A DNA stretch of 64,000 bases from Candidatus Latescibacterota bacterium (GTDB lineage Bacteria; Latescibacterota; UBA2968; UBA8231). The translations under genes were made by a program, and so were the position numbers. Positions 39,307 through 52,026 of the stretch are shown here, piece after piece (position 1 is the stretch's first letter; each line of letters starts with the position of its first letter). Location of the stretch: contig CBDETK010000008.1 of NCBI GenBank assembly GCA_965242865.1, positions 32,001 through 96,000 on the forward strand, given 5' to 3'. Under the pieces are notes generated by a model. That model saw only the letters and a list, made by a program, of their open reading frames with translations. It searched no databases and was not told the origin of the DNA.

Positions 39307-39765
39307 ATGGTCATGGCGAGAGCGTGCCGTCTAACAGTCTTGTTTCTTTCTCTGGCCTGCGCGCTGGCGCTCGCGGTGCCCCGGATCGCGTCCGTCAATC
39401 CCGATGCCGTGGCACCGGGCGGCTCGGCGGTCGCCGATGGCTCGGATCTCGGCGCAGGGTCGGTTGCCAAGCTGTACCTCACGGCGTCCGGCAAGGACGT
39501 CGAGCTGACTGTCACCGAGCAGGCCGATGGCAAGATCGCCTTCACCGTGCCCGACGGCACGGACATGAAGCGGTATCGCCTGATGGTTCTCACGGCGGGG
39601 TCGGGAGCTGCTTACATGGAGCAGCCCGTGGCGCTGGAAGTCGTCGACGAGGCGACCGCCAAGGCGCGCGCCGAAGAGGGCGAGGTCGAACTCGAGATCA
39701 TCGAGGCCGAGCCAGCGGAAGAGGAAGAGCCCCAGCAGGGCAAGGGCAAGAAGAAGCGCAACTGA
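39307..39765 (+). CDS. secreted IPT/TIG-like (Ig-fold) hypothetical protein
   Basis: Signal peptide followed by PRIASVNPD...G..L; RBS GGAGG. Confidence 0.7.
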   Translation: MVMARACRLTVLFLSLACALALAVPRIASVNPDAVAPGGSAVADGSDLGAGSVAKLYLTASGKDVELTVTEQADGKIAFTVPDGTDMKRYRLMVLTAGSGAAYMEQPVALEVVDEATAKARAEEGEVELEIIEAEPAEEEEPQQGKGKKKRN

Positions 39766-39775
39766 GCGAGACCGC

Positions 39776-40912
39776 TCAAGCGGTCTCTGCGTTGCGGGCC
39801 GCGCCGGCGCTGCCGGTGCGCGGCGGGGATGCCCCCAACTGTTGCAACGCCCAGCGGGCGTGTTCGCGGACGACGGCGTCCGGATATTCCGCGAGTCGCG
39901 CGAGCGCCTCGCGAAACGCGGGGTTGCCGCTGTTGCCCATGGCCACGGCGACGTTGCGCAGGAACCCCGCGTAGCGGCTTCTCTCGACCGGCGTGCCCCC
40001 GAACCGGCGGTCGAACTCTTCTTCGGAAAGGCCCGCCAATTCGGCTAGATCCGGTCGCTCGTTGATCGCTTGGTAGGCAGGTTCCGCGGTCACGGCCGCC
40101 CGGCGATGGTTGTTCCACGGGCAGACGTCCTGGCAGATGTCGCATCCGAAGACATGGTGGCCGACCCCCTCGCGATGCCCTTCGGGGATGGAGCCGCGCA
40201 ACTCCACGGTCCAGTAGGCGATGCACAGCCGCGAGTCCAGCGCGTGGGACGGCCCGCTCGCGCTGTCGAGTTCGACGAACGCATCGGTCGGGCAGGCGTC
40301 GATGCATCTCCGGCACGTGCCGCACCGGAAGGCCGCCTCCTCGTCCCGCGCGAATTCCACCGAGGTGAGGATCTCGCCGAGGAAGAACCAAGACCCCGTC
40401 CGTTCCTCGATCAGGCACGAGTTCTTGCCGATCCAGCCCAGCCCGGCCCTGCGGGCGTAGGCGCGCTCCAGCAACGGCGAGGTGTCCACGCAGACCTTGT
40501 TCTTCACACCGGGTCCGAAGCGCATCTGGATCCAGTCCGCGAGCGCGCGCAAGCGGGCCTTAATCGTGTCGTGGTAATCGGCGCCCCAGGCGTAGCGCGA
40601 GATCCAACCCCGGCGGTCGGACGCGAATTCCGTGGAGTACGGCGCCGAGGCGTTGTAGACCGACCCGACGCAGACCACGGAGCGAGCCGACGGCAGCAAG
40701 GCGCGCGGGTCGGAGCGCAGCTCTCCGCGGCGTCCGGCCAGATAGCCCATGTCGCCGTGGTACCCGCGCTCCAGCCACTCGGCGTAGAACAGGGATTCGA
40801 GTGTCGGCTCCGGGGATGCCACGCCCGCCAGTTCGAATCCGAGTTCGCGGGCGCGAGCCTTGAGCGGGGCGCTGTCCTGCACGGTGCCGTCCGTGGAGCG
40901 GCGCGGCCGCAT
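39776..40912 (-). CDS. queG: tRNA epoxyqueuosine(34) reductase
   Basis: ISRYAWG.DYH, VDTSPLLER, GLGWIGKN, CGTCRRCIDACPT, FGCDICQDVCPWN; only the 3' part of the long track ORF is real. Confidence 0.95.
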   Translation of the reverse strand: MRPRRSTDGTVQDSAPLKARARELGFELAGVASPEPTLESLFYAEWLERGYHGDMGYLAGRRGELRSDPRALLPSARSVVCVGSVYNASAPYSTEFASDRRGWISRYAWGADYHDTIKARLRALADWIQMRFGPGVKNKVCVDTSPLLERAYARRAGLGWIGKNSCLIEERTGSWFFLGEILTSVEFARDEEAAFRCGTCRRCIDACPTDAFVELDSASGPSHALDSRLCIAYWTVELRGSIPEGHREGVGHHVFGCDICQDVCPWNNHRRAAVTAEPAYQAINERPDLAELAGLSEEEFDRRFGGTPVERSRYAGFLRNVAVAMGNSGNPAFREALARLAEYPDAVVREHARWALQQLGASPPRTGSAGAARNAETA

Positions 40913-41140
40913 CCCGCTCCCGAGTGACGCGAAACAGCCGTTCAGCCCCTCTATGCTGCCATAGAACCGCGAATTTCTGCGATTCGCCGATATTCCGTTG
41001 CGCGGCCGGGCGGCGAGGTCATATTCTTGCGTATGGCTGGCAGGAGTGCCTCCACGCGGGTGCGGATGCCGGCCGATCGCGATCGGGAGCCCCCTCGGGA
41101 GCGCGCTCGGCGCGAGTGGAATCTCGAGGAGGGAACACGC

Positions 41141-43243
<2,103 letters not shown>

Positions 43244-43264
43244 GCCGCCGGCATGGAATCAGCC

Positions 43265-43302
43265 CAGCCTCTGACTCGCGAATTCACGCGGGTCAGGGGC
43301 TG
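43265..43302 (+). terminator. long hairpin after the radical SAM gene
   Basis: CAGCCTCTGACTCGCG-AATTCA-CGCGGGTCAGGGGCTG: 16-bp stem with two GU pairs, no U-tract. Confidence 0.45.
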
Positions 43303-43340
43303 AGCGAAGTTGTGCGAACCAGAACGGCAATCGCCCGCGG

Positions 43341-43718
43341 GTGACGGGAAGGTTCTCTATCGGTGTTCAACACGACATCGGAGAGTCTGACCGCCACGGG
43401 CGCGGGCGGATCGCCTTGCGCATTGCTACGCAATCGGCTTCAAGCCTCACAGAACAGCTCTTCCAGCCGCTGTTGGACCAGATCGATCCGTTGCGACTTG
43501 CCGTGGACACTCGATCCATGCGCATGGCCGCGGAATACGGTATGCGGCTGGCGAAGCGCAGCGAGAACCTGAAGCATGACGGACTTGCTGAACTAATCTC
43601 GGACTACCCAGCACACGAGCCTGAGATCAATCGCGAGGCAGCAGCCGAAAAGCTCTGCTCAAGCGTCAAGGGACCGAGTGGAACCGCACTTGCACTGTTG
43701 GAAGGTCTGAGTCCCTAG
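43341..43718 (+). pseudogene. C-terminal fragment of an SDH/ClpP-fold serine protease-like protein
   Basis: L..QIDP, RSM.MA.EYG.RL and LISDYPAH...INRE.A resemble the C-terminus of SDH-family proteases; no N-terminal catalytic part. Confidence 0.5.
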
Positions 43719-43791
43719 TTGGAGATTCCGCAGGTCGCACCGTTGGTGCAGGTGTTCTCGATTGGTATAGTACGCAACGGGGAGAGGAGTC

Positions 43792-43959
43792 ATGAGAAAG
43801 GGAAAATCCATCCAGCAGGTTCAAATCGAGAAGATGCTCGAGACCAAGAAGCTCATCGATCACCGCTACCAAGCGATCAGACGGTCAGACCGGTACATTC
43901 GGCCGAGCCGTCCAGACACGAGACAGACGAAATCAACTGACGATATGTTTCGCAGCTAG
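43792..43959 (+). CDS. 55-aa small protein (below the ORF-track cutoff)
   Basis: Strong RBS GGAGAGGAG 2 nt before ATG, TATAGT upstream; MRKGKSIQQVQIEKMLETKKLIDHRYQAIRRSDRYIRP... Confidence 0.45.
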   Translation: MRKGKSIQQVQIEKMLETKKLIDHRYQAIRRSDRYIRPSRPDTRQTKSTDDMFRS

Positions 43960-44251
43960 CAAGGCCGTGCCTGGCCATTTGCCTTGCGCGAGCTGGAGTG
44001 GCGGCTGGCGCAACGAGTGTTCTGGTTGCGAGCGGTGTGTCTGCTCGTGTCACCACGAAGTCCCTTCAAAGCGACCTGCCGTGCAGAGGCTTGACGAATG
44101 GATCGGCGTGGAAGGGGGGACGAACGGCTAGCGGTGCAGTTCCGGCATCTCGAATTGCGGGGAACAGACCGGTCCGCCAAGCGAACCGTTGCTAGGCGAT
44201 GCAGTATGGCGGAACGCCCATGACATCTCAGGTGGTCAGGTTCGAGTCCTC

Positions 44252-44755
44252 TTAATCGGGAGCCGGAGCCTTCCAGCGCGACAACGATGGCTGTACCGTC
44301 CTGCACGATTCCAGAGTCAGGTCCCTCCGCAAATGACTGGGACCGCCCGTGGGCTCTCCCTTGCCGGCAGCAACTGCCAAGCACAGGTCACTGTTGGCTA
44401 ACTTGATCCGGCCGTCGGCCTCGACCACGAAGCGTTGCGATCCTGAAGCACCGCAGGGCGCGAGCGAGACGCTCGCTCCGGCACGTGCGGACGATGCCTC
44501 GGCGCAACGGTCGTACGCCTTCATGTAAAGCTGGCCAGCCTCCGGGTGGTTAGGCGTGAACAGCTCGTCCGCGGCACCCGGCTTGCAGGTGTGCGCCATC
44601 AATGGCGCGTCGAGGTTCACCCGATTACGGAACCCTGGAACATCGACGCAGTAGAACTGGGGCTCGTCCAGAGGATCGATCAACTGGATCAGCCCCTCGG
44701 CACCCACTAACGGAAGTGCCCCCGCAACGGCGATCAATACAGCGGCTCTGCGCAT
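44252..44755 (-). CDS. secreted ricin-type beta-trefoil lectin-like protein
   Basis: Signal peptide; LIDPLDEPQFYCVDVPG, HTCK, paired cysteines, LCLAV; start 7 nt after TACAAT. Confidence 0.75.
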   Translation of the reverse strand: MRRAAVLIAVAGALPLVGAEGLIQLIDPLDEPQFYCVDVPGFRNRVNLDAPLMAHTCKPGAADELFTPNHPEAGQLYMKAYDRCAEASSARAGASVSLAPCGASGSQRFVVEADGRIKLANSDLCLAVAAGKGEPTGGPSHLRRDLTLESCRTVQPSLSRWKAPAPD

Positions 44756-44883
44756 GCTGGCCATTGTAATGGCACCGCCCAGTGGTGCCTCGGCTCCGGC
44801 GGGACCGAAACCAGTGCCGTGGGGGCGCGGCCTCGGATGGTTCGTAGCCCTGCCTTGAGTCGCTCCGGTGGTATCATTCCGGC

Positions 44884-46083
44884 GTGCGCCAGCAACTGAT
44901 CTATCTCCTCCTTGTCGGCGGTCTTTGCGCGGGCGCATTCGCAGCCTCCGCTCCGGTCGAATTTCAAACGCACGTCATCGAAGCCGAGATGCCCGGCGGA
45001 TACGCCGTACTCGTCGCCGACTTGAATGACGACGGCCGCCCTGACGTGCTCGGGATGACGTCCCGCATCAAGGAACTCCCTTGGTACGAGAATCCGTCCT
45101 GGCAACGGCATGTCTTGCAGAAGGACCTCAACGGATTAGTCAACATGGCTGCTCACGACATCGACGGCGATGGCATTCCGGAACTCGCTATCGAGAACGA
45201 ATTCAGCATGGTCGCCGCCAAGAGCCGGGGCCTCGTGTGGTTGCTCGAGCATCAAGGAGACCCGCGGGAACCATGGAAGTCCGTGCCTGTCGACGAACTG
45301 ACGACCTCCCACCACGTGGCGTGGGCCGATGTCGATGGGAATGGCGACAAGGAGCTCATCAATGCCCCGCTCATCGGGTCCGAGGCGCTAGCGCCGAAGT
45401 ACGAGGACAACGTTCCGCTGGTGTACTACCACGTGCCCCCGGAACGTCGCGGACCTTGGAAGCGGTTGCTGATTGATGACACGCTCAGAGGTGTCCTGCA
45501 CCGCGTGCGGGTTGTCCAGTGGGATGCCGATCCCCGCGAAGAACTGCTGACCGCTGGATTCGACGGCATCACGTTGCACGATCCCACCGGGACGGGAACC
45601 GAAATCCGGTGGCAGAACACGCTGCTGTCCCCAGGCCGCGCGCCGGAACCGAAGACCGCCGGAGCGAGCGATGTGGCGATGGGGAACCTAAACGGAACGA
45701 GGATGTTGACTTCGGTCGAGCCATGGCACGGCAACGAGGTCGTGGTCTATACGGAAGCCGCTGATGGCCGCTGGCAGCGCAAGGTCATCTACGACCGCTT
45801 GACGGAGGGCCACGAAGTCTGCGTCGGAGACTTCAACGGCGACGGCCGCGACGACATCGTCGCCGGAGACCGTGCGCGGGGCGAAATCGCGGGTTCGCAT
45901 GTGTTCTTCGCGCAAGACGACGCTGGTTCGGAGTGGCTCCACCAAGACCTCGATCCGATGGGCATGTCGGCTTCCGGCTGCGCGGTAGCGGATCTGAATG
46001 GCGACGGACGATTGGATGTCGTTCAGATCGGCGGCGCGACGAAGAACATCAAGTGGTACGAGAACCTAGGGACCGAGCGCTGA
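44884..46083 (+). CDS. FG-GAP/VCBS repeat beta-propeller secreted protein
   Basis: Repeated DLNDDGRPD, DIDGDGIPE and DFNGDGRDD; EPWHGNEVVVY. Confidence 0.88.
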   Translation: MRQQLIYLLLVGGLCAGAFAASAPVEFQTHVIEAEMPGGYAVLVADLNDDGRPDVLGMTSRIKELPWYENPSWQRHVLQKDLNGLVNMAAHDIDGDGIPELAIENEFSMVAAKSRGLVWLLEHQGDPREPWKSVPVDELTTSHHVAWADVDGNGDKELINAPLIGSEALAPKYEDNVPLVYYHVPPERRGPWKRLLIDDTLRGVLHRVRVVQWDADPREELLTAGFDGITLHDPTGTGTEIRWQNTLLSPGRAPEPKTAGASDVAMGNLNGTRMLTSVEPWHGNEVVVYTEAADGRWQRKVIYDRLTEGHEVCVGDFNGDGRDDIVAGDRARGEIAGSHVFFAQDDAGSEWLHQDLDPMGMSASGCAVADLNGDGRLDVVQIGGATKNIKWYENLGTER

Positions 46084-46346
46084 CAACGCTCTCCACGTAG
46101 CACCGAGGATCGATTCTTCTCCGCCCCTGCCAGCTGCCCGTGCTCGTACTTCGAGCCACGGCGGTAGCTGTCGGGTCTTGCCCAGGTATCGGGTTCCCGT
46201 GACCCGCTCAGTTCAGCCCGTTGCACTTGGACTGCCACGACACCGCCACAGTCGACCGCATGATGTCGAGCCACCGCCCTTGAGGGTGTTGTCATTGAAC
46301 GGGCTGTGTGGTATCGTGGGAACTCAAGAGCGAAGTGGCGGATACT

Positions 46347-47531
46347 ATGGTACAACCTGAGCTGACGGTGACGGAGCGGACTGCAAGGGCCGGTGTGGAT
46401 GCCCTGAGGGTTCGGAGTTTATCTGTCGATGGGTATCGAGGATTCCATGCATTACGTATCGGCGACCTAGGTCGCGTAAACTTAATCACAGGCCGAAATA
46501 ACACGGGCAAGACATCCCTTCTTGAGGCGATTCGAATTCTTGTCCACCGAGCCTCACCCCGCGTGATTCATGAAGTCGTCAGCTATAGGGAAGGAATTGA
46601 ACTCGATGACAAGCAAGCACCATACTCAACAGGTCAGCCGCCATTAGTTGCGAAACTATTCAATGGATACCCGTTCCGTATTTCCAATCAGACTCTCGAT
46701 CAGGTCATTGTTTCTATCAAAACAGAGGGCACTCTTATTCCTTCGACTATAACGATGCAACTAGCCAATGTTGTACCCAGTGAATGCAATCAGAAATCAA
46801 CCGTGATCGAAGGGCAGTATCGCGATGGTGACATCGTCTTGGTGGTGGGAATCGACCACGAGCGGAAGGAACACCTTCTAAATTGGCCGTCAAGCAGTTG
46901 TGGCCGAGATCAGGGCGAGAATTCGTTACAGTTTTCCTGTCAGGAAACGTTTGGTCCAGTCTGCCATTGTGTTGGTGTCGATGTGTACGGGGCGCAAGAC
47001 TTTTCCCGTTTAGGCAAGCTATGGGACAGTATCGTGCTATCGAAGGACCAAGACCTTGTAATTCAATGCCTTAACATTATCGAACCGAAGATTACCGGAG
47101 TTTCAATGATCAGTGATGGCCACAACTCGGATCATCGGAGGCCGTTCGTTCGGATGTCTGACTCCGAGAGTCCAGTTACGCTCCGCTCAATGGGCATTGG
47201 AATTAGTCGATTATTTGAAATCATTGTATCTCTAGTTAACGCCCGTAGCGGATTCTTGTTGATCGAAGAACTCGATAGAGGACTTCACTATGGTGTTCAT
47301 TTCGAAGTCTGGAAAATGATCTTGAGGCTGGCTCGCGAGCTTGATGCTCAAGTTTTTGCGACTTCCCACAGCGGGGATGCGGTCAAGGCATTTTGTCGTG
47401 CCAACGCCGAGGATACCTTTCACCATGGTGCTCTGATAAAGCTCGAGCGGATCCGCGGAGAGATTGTATCCACAGTCTTCTTCGGAGACGAGTTGGACAT
47501 CATCGCTCGTCACCAAATCGAGGTACGATAA
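46347..47531 (+). CDS. ABC-type AAA ATPase (AAA_15/AAA_21), putative defence/TA
   Basis: VNLITGRNNTGKTSLLEA, LLIEELDRGLHY, QVFATSHS; lower GC. Confidence 0.85.
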   Translation: MVQPELTVTERTARAGVDALRVRSLSVDGYRGFHALRIGDLGRVNLITGRNNTGKTSLLEAIRILVHRASPRVIHEVVSYREGIELDDKQAPYSTGQPPLVAKLFNGYPFRISNQTLDQVIVSIKTEGTLIPSTITMQLANVVPSECNQKSTVIEGQYRDGDIVLVVGIDHERKEHLLNWPSSSCGRDQGENSLQFSCQETFGPVCHCVGVDVYGAQDFSRLGKLWDSIVLSKDQDLVIQCLNIIEPKITGVSMISDGHNSDHRRPFVRMSDSESPVTLRSMGIGISRLFEIIVSLVNARSGFLLIEELDRGLHYGVHFEVWKMILRLARELDAQVFATSHSGDAVKAFCRANAEDTFHHGALIKLERIRGEIVSTVFFGDELDIIARHQIEVR

Positions 47532-47877
47532 CGCGAAGCGGGCCTTACATGGTCGACACACAGTCGCTCGGTGTCGATGCTGGCCATGAAAAACCCGACA
47601 TAGGCTTGCGAGAAGAACGGAAATGTGACGCGAAGAGCGGACTGCCGGGGCCGTCTGAATCCAAGCCCACGTTCAAACTGACGTAGAGACGCAGCTAGCG
47701 AATCCGGGCAATCGTTGGTCAGGAGTTGTTGGCGGAAGCGTCGGCGTGGATCCGCATGCGCGGTCATGCGATTCCAGTTGCACCTAGAAGAGGCGACCTT
47801 ACGCGCACCGCTCAGACTTGCTGTGCATTTGCGCCTGATGCGACCCTCGTTGCGTCACCTATCCGTCCTCACATGGA

Positions 47878-50721
47878 TCAATGCACGCCGATTCGAGTGG
47901 GCTTGCCGCCATGGACGGATGGTTCGGCGCACCATTGATTTCGCAGCAGGTCAAGCCCTTCCGCCAAGTCGGGGTCGAACTGCAGCAGACTCGCTCTCCC
48001 GAAGAACAGGGCGCTATCGAGTGCCTTGCGTGTCGCGTCACGGTACGCCTCGTTCGCGGGCTGGAACACCCTGTCCTTGAACTCCTCGAATATCGTGCGA
48101 CAGCGATCCGTTTGGTCTCCGGTCAATGTGCGAGGGTCGAGCACGGGCAGTTCGGGGAGTTTGGTAATGGTGATCCGCGCCCGTCCCTGCTGCTGCCTTG
48201 TCCCTTGCCACCAGAAAAGGATCAGTCCCAATGTCGAATTGGACCAGAGCAGAAGGGGAATCTCGTATCGCTGTTCGTGCGGAATCACGTTCGGCCATGC
48301 AGTTCCGCCTAGGCACTTCTCCGGTGTCAGGCACATGGCGAGGCTCTGGGAGTTCAGCCGGAAGTCCAGGTTTGAGTGCAGGCGAGAGGCCGCTTGATGC
48401 CAACGCTCGGCCGCTCGCGCCTCGTCCCCCGCCCGGGGCTCTCCGCAACGGTCGGGCTGCACTACGAAGCTTCGCTGGTGATCGGCAGAGTGCCTCCAGA
48501 GTATTGGGTACGTCGGTACCTCGCCGGACCGGGTGAGACGCACGACGAACGGGCCTTGCGGCGGACCGGTCTTGTGTCGGTCCGTGGGGCCGCCACTGAT
48601 GTCCCTATGCACGAGACCCCGCTTCGCGACAGCGCCTAGCGTGACGATGGGCAGATCAATTCCCCGCGACTGCCGCGGTAGGCACAGGTTCCCCGAAGCG
48701 AGGTTGCGAGCGGCCTCGATGACGCTATTGGAGCGGATGCCTGCAGCCCCCGCGTCGCGAATGTCGCCGGTCACGACGCGTCGCCTCGCTGATCTCGCTT
48801 CCAAGGCGGCGGCGAGGAGCGTCGCGGGCCGTGCAGCGAGGTTGGAGAACATCGTGCGAGGGGAACCGCTCTTCCGCTTGGTGGCTACGACAAGGCACTC
48901 CGCCATGCCCGTGTCCGCCGAGAATGCGCTCGCCGTTGCTCCCGTCGCAGCGATTGATGTGACGTGAATCTCTCCGTAGGATCCGGCAAGCGTTTCGCGC
49001 GCCCCCTTCCACGCCTCGCCGCGGACGAACGCGAACGGGAGCACCGCGGCGAGCACGCCGCCGTCCCGCAGCTTGCGATGCGCCAAGTCCAAGAAATTCG
49101 AGGCGAGACCGGCATGGCCGCTGCCAAACCCCCCGCCAGCTTGCTTGAGCTTGCGTTGCATCGCGGCTTGCTCGTCGTGCGAGGTATTGAAGCCCGCGAA
49201 TGACGGCACCGGTATGTCGGCATGGTGGGCTTCGTGGTTCGTGGGCCGCGTGAACGGGGGATTCATGATGACCAAGTCGCAGGATTCGTCCTTGATCGTG
49301 ACGGAGTGCTCGCGTCGGCTGTCCGCTGCCCGGCCGCCGAGCGACTCGCCCGTGGCGAACAGTGAGAAGGAATGATCGGAATCGAGGAAATCCAAGGCAC
49401 CGATGTGCGTCCGGCCACCGCTGATGCCGTAGGGCACCGTGTGAATCTGCGATTCGCCGTAGACGAGCGAGGGGTGGGTGCTGGAGAGCATCGAGCAGGT
49501 CAAGTGTGTCGCGGCGGGCATGATGTCCAGACCGACCAAGACGCGCTCCATCATGGCCTTGTGCAAGAGCTTGTCATCGCCGCCCGCCCGGCGGTATCGC
49601 CGGTAGATGGCCCGCTGGGTGGCGGAGAGCAAGGCCCCCGTGCCGCACGCGAAATCCGCGACGCGCAGGTTTTCGACAGCGGCTTGGTCTGTCCAGTCCA
49701 CGCCTAGCCGGTTGATCGCCAGTTCCGCGAGCAGGCACGCGGACGGCGGCAAAGTGTAGAAGGTGGCGAGGAACTTCCGATCCGCGATCAGAGTCTGGAA
49801 CATCCGTCCCGTCAAGTCGTGGTAGCTGGTCGCTCCGAGCTTCGTCAGTTCGGGGATAGCCGCCGTGAATAGTTCCATGACCCACCACACGAGCTTGGTG
49901 GGCATTCGTTCCACTACCTCGCAAGCGATGCCGAAGATCGGGTAGTAGTTCACATCGAGGATTCGTCTCCAAGCCCGCAGCAGGAAAGATTTGTTTACCA
50001 CCGGTTCATGTATGGGAAGGGGCGGAATCCCCGGCTGGCCTTCGATCGCCGCGTGAAAGACGCAGGCCGAGACGCAGATCGCAGCGGCCATGCGTTCGGT
50101 CTGCTTGCCGGGTGCTTGATGCAACGTCTGCGCGATTTCTTCCAGAATGCGGTCGGTGGCTCGCTCGGCCAACCGATCCGACGATTGACTCACCACCCGT
50201 TCGAGAACCTCTGTCCCGAGCGCGAGCTGCCGTTCCGAGAGCGACAGGTACTCGATGGCGTCGGCGAGGTCGTCCACACCCCCCTCCAGCCATTCCCGAC
50301 CGGTCGGCCACCGCCTGCCGATTCCGCCGGAATCCAAGTAATAGGTGGCATAGCGGAACGGCGCATCCTCGATGGCTTCGAGATCACCTGTCCTCAGGCT
50401 CTCGGGCAAGACGACGGCCAAGACGCCTTCGATCCCGGATCCGCCCTGTTTCAAAATCGTTCCCAACCGAGCGGTCGCGTCTTTCTCGACGCTCGGGGCA
50501 GGGGCGAACTCCGTCTCCACGATCACCGCCTGCCGGTTTGGCGCGGCGACGAGAATGTCCGGCCTCATGCCCGCCCCGCTGCCCATGCCCGGCGTGGCTT
50601 GTTGAATCACTCGGGTGCGCTCGGCGTGAACGGTCTTGGCGTTCCAGTCGGGATTCCGCTTGCACAGCGCGCGAGCCAACTCGCCGTTCGCCTGCGTTTC
50701 CGTGTTCCACGGTTCATTCAT
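47878..50721 (-). CDS. type IIG restriction-modification fusion enzyme (REase-N6 adenine MTase-TRD)
   Basis: N-terminal RPDI...ETEFAPA..VEKDA; motif I DFACGTGALL; motif IV MNPPF; C-terminal TRD-like region. Confidence 0.85.
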   Translation of the reverse strand: MNEPWNTETQANGELARALCKRNPDWNAKTVHAERTRVIQQATPGMGSGAGMRPDILVAAPNRQAVIVETEFAPAPSVEKDATARLGTILKQGGSGIEGVLAVVLPESLRTGDLEAIEDAPFRYATYYLDSGGIGRRWPTGREWLEGGVDDLADAIEYLSLSERQLALGTEVLERVVSQSSDRLAERATDRILEEIAQTLHQAPGKQTERMAAAICVSACVFHAAIEGQPGIPPLPIHEPVVNKSFLLRAWRRILDVNYYPIFGIACEVVERMPTKLVWWVMELFTAAIPELTKLGATSYHDLTGRMFQTLIADRKFLATFYTLPPSACLLAELAINRLGVDWTDQAAVENLRVADFACGTGALLSATQRAIYRRYRRAGGDDKLLHKAMMERVLVGLDIMPAATHLTCSMLSSTHPSLVYGESQIHTVPYGISGGRTHIGALDFLDSDHSFSLFATGESLGGRAADSRREHSVTIKDESCDLVIMNPPFTRPTNHEAHHADIPVPSFAGFNTSHDEQAAMQRKLKQAGGGFGSGHAGLASNFLDLAHRKLRDGGVLAAVLPFAFVRGEAWKGARETLAGSYGEIHVTSIAATGATASAFSADTGMAECLVVATKRKSGSPRTMFSNLAARPATLLAAALEARSARRRVVTGDIRDAGAAGIRSNSVIEAARNLASGNLCLPRQSRGIDLPIVTLGAVAKRGLVHRDISGGPTDRHKTGPPQGPFVVRLTRSGEVPTYPILWRHSADHQRSFVVQPDRCGEPRAGDEARAAERWHQAASRLHSNLDFRLNSQSLAMCLTPEKCLGGTAWPNVIPHEQRYEIPLLLWSNSTLGLILFWWQGTRQQQGRARITITKLPELPVLDPRTLTGDQTDRCRTIFEEFKDRVFQPANEAYRDATRKALDSALFFGRASLLQFDPDLAEGLDLLRNQWCAEPSVHGGKPTRIGVH

Positions 50722-51242
50722 GTCGTGAATGCTCTCGTGCGCGTTGCCGCGCTGGCTGCCGCACGACTCCCTGCGCTGGCTGCCGAATGCATTTCCCAGA
50801 ACTGCTTCAGTCCAGTTGCTGCCGGGTGGATGGCGATTCTTCTTGCTCGCAAGCCAGCTTGCTCAACTCGATGGACATTTGGCTGCGGGCAGTTCATTTC
50901 GGATGCCATCGTAGGGCGATTGACACTGCGGCCGCTCTGCCAGCTCGCTGCTGGAGATTGAGATTCTGAAATCCACCTGCAGTCCACATACCTAGGTTGC
51001 GCCAATTCGATGATTGCGAACGTCCTATACGATTCCAGAGACTCCCGGCCGTCGCAAGGCACCCATTCCAGATCCATACTCGTCCCGTCGGTTCCCGTCG
51101 CTTCCCCCAACAACTTCATTGTCTCACAAGCCGCCGGCCGTGCGCTAGCAGCCGTTGCGCCGACAGGGACAATTCGACGTGACGCGGTCCTACCCACGAC
51201 TGCTATGTTGAAGACGCGCCAGGGTCTGGAGAGACCGGTCAG

Positions 51243-51791
51243 ATGACATTGTTCAGTGGATCAAATCGGCATCCCGAGAGACGGCCAGAGACCGAGGCCA
51301 GTCGGATTCTGGAGCGTTTCTGGAATCGGCGATGCATCCCCGTCGATCCATTCACGATCGCTCGACGGATGGGTCTTGAGGTCAAGCGCGGACCGCTCCC
51401 GCAAGACGTTTCCGGAGTCCTCCGCAAGATCCCCGGAGATGTAGCGGTTATCGTTCTTGAGGCTACGGACTCGTTGAACAGGAAGCGATTCACGTGTGTG
51501 CATGAGCTAGGCCACTATATACTCCGAGCGGGCGATGCAGACTACATTAATGTCGAGGGTTACGTGGAACTTCGGGGCACAGCCTCAACGCCGGGCGAGA
51601 TCTCGGATGAGGTCTTCGCCAATCAGTTCGCGGCATTCTTGCTGATGCCTCGCGAAGAGGTCGTGCGGCGCTTCAGGAGTGACAGGCAGGTGTATATGCT
51701 TGCTCCGCATTTTGGTGTTTCCGATGAGGCAATGCGCTATCACCTAGAGAACCTCAGGATGAAATCAGACAAAGTCCGGCGCGGGCAGTAG
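51243..51791 (+). CDS. ImmA/IrrE family metallopeptidase
   Basis: PVDPF.IA, R.RFTCVHELGH, E.FANQFAA.LLMP, FGVS..AM. Confidence 0.9.
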   Translation: MTLFSGSNRHPERRPETEASRILERFWNRRCIPVDPFTIARRMGLEVKRGPLPQDVSGVLRKIPGDVAVIVLEATDSLNRKRFTCVHELGHYILRAGDADYINVEGYVELRGTASTPGEISDEVFANQFAAFLLMPREEVVRRFRSDRQVYMLAPHFGVSDEAMRYHLENLRMKSDKVRRGQ

Positions 51792-52026
51792 AGATCAGTT
51801 TGATTGAGCTTGGCTGATCGTACGGTACGTGTTTACCGAGAGGAATATTCGGTAGAACGGCATCATCGGCTGCTTGGAAACTCAACCTGACCACGGCGCG
51901 CTAGAGGTCCACCTCGCTTCTGCAAGAGGTGTGCTGGCGAAAGGACCTCGGCAGTCAAATCCGCGGATCTAGGTCCCGCCGAGATGGGATCCCCACCCCG
52001 CAGGTCCAGCGCGGACCAAGCTTGGA

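Noticed and set aside
50718-51197. 159-aa ORF upstream of the type IIG enzyme
   Set aside because: No recognisable motif; may contain a decayed gene fragment but cannot be supported.
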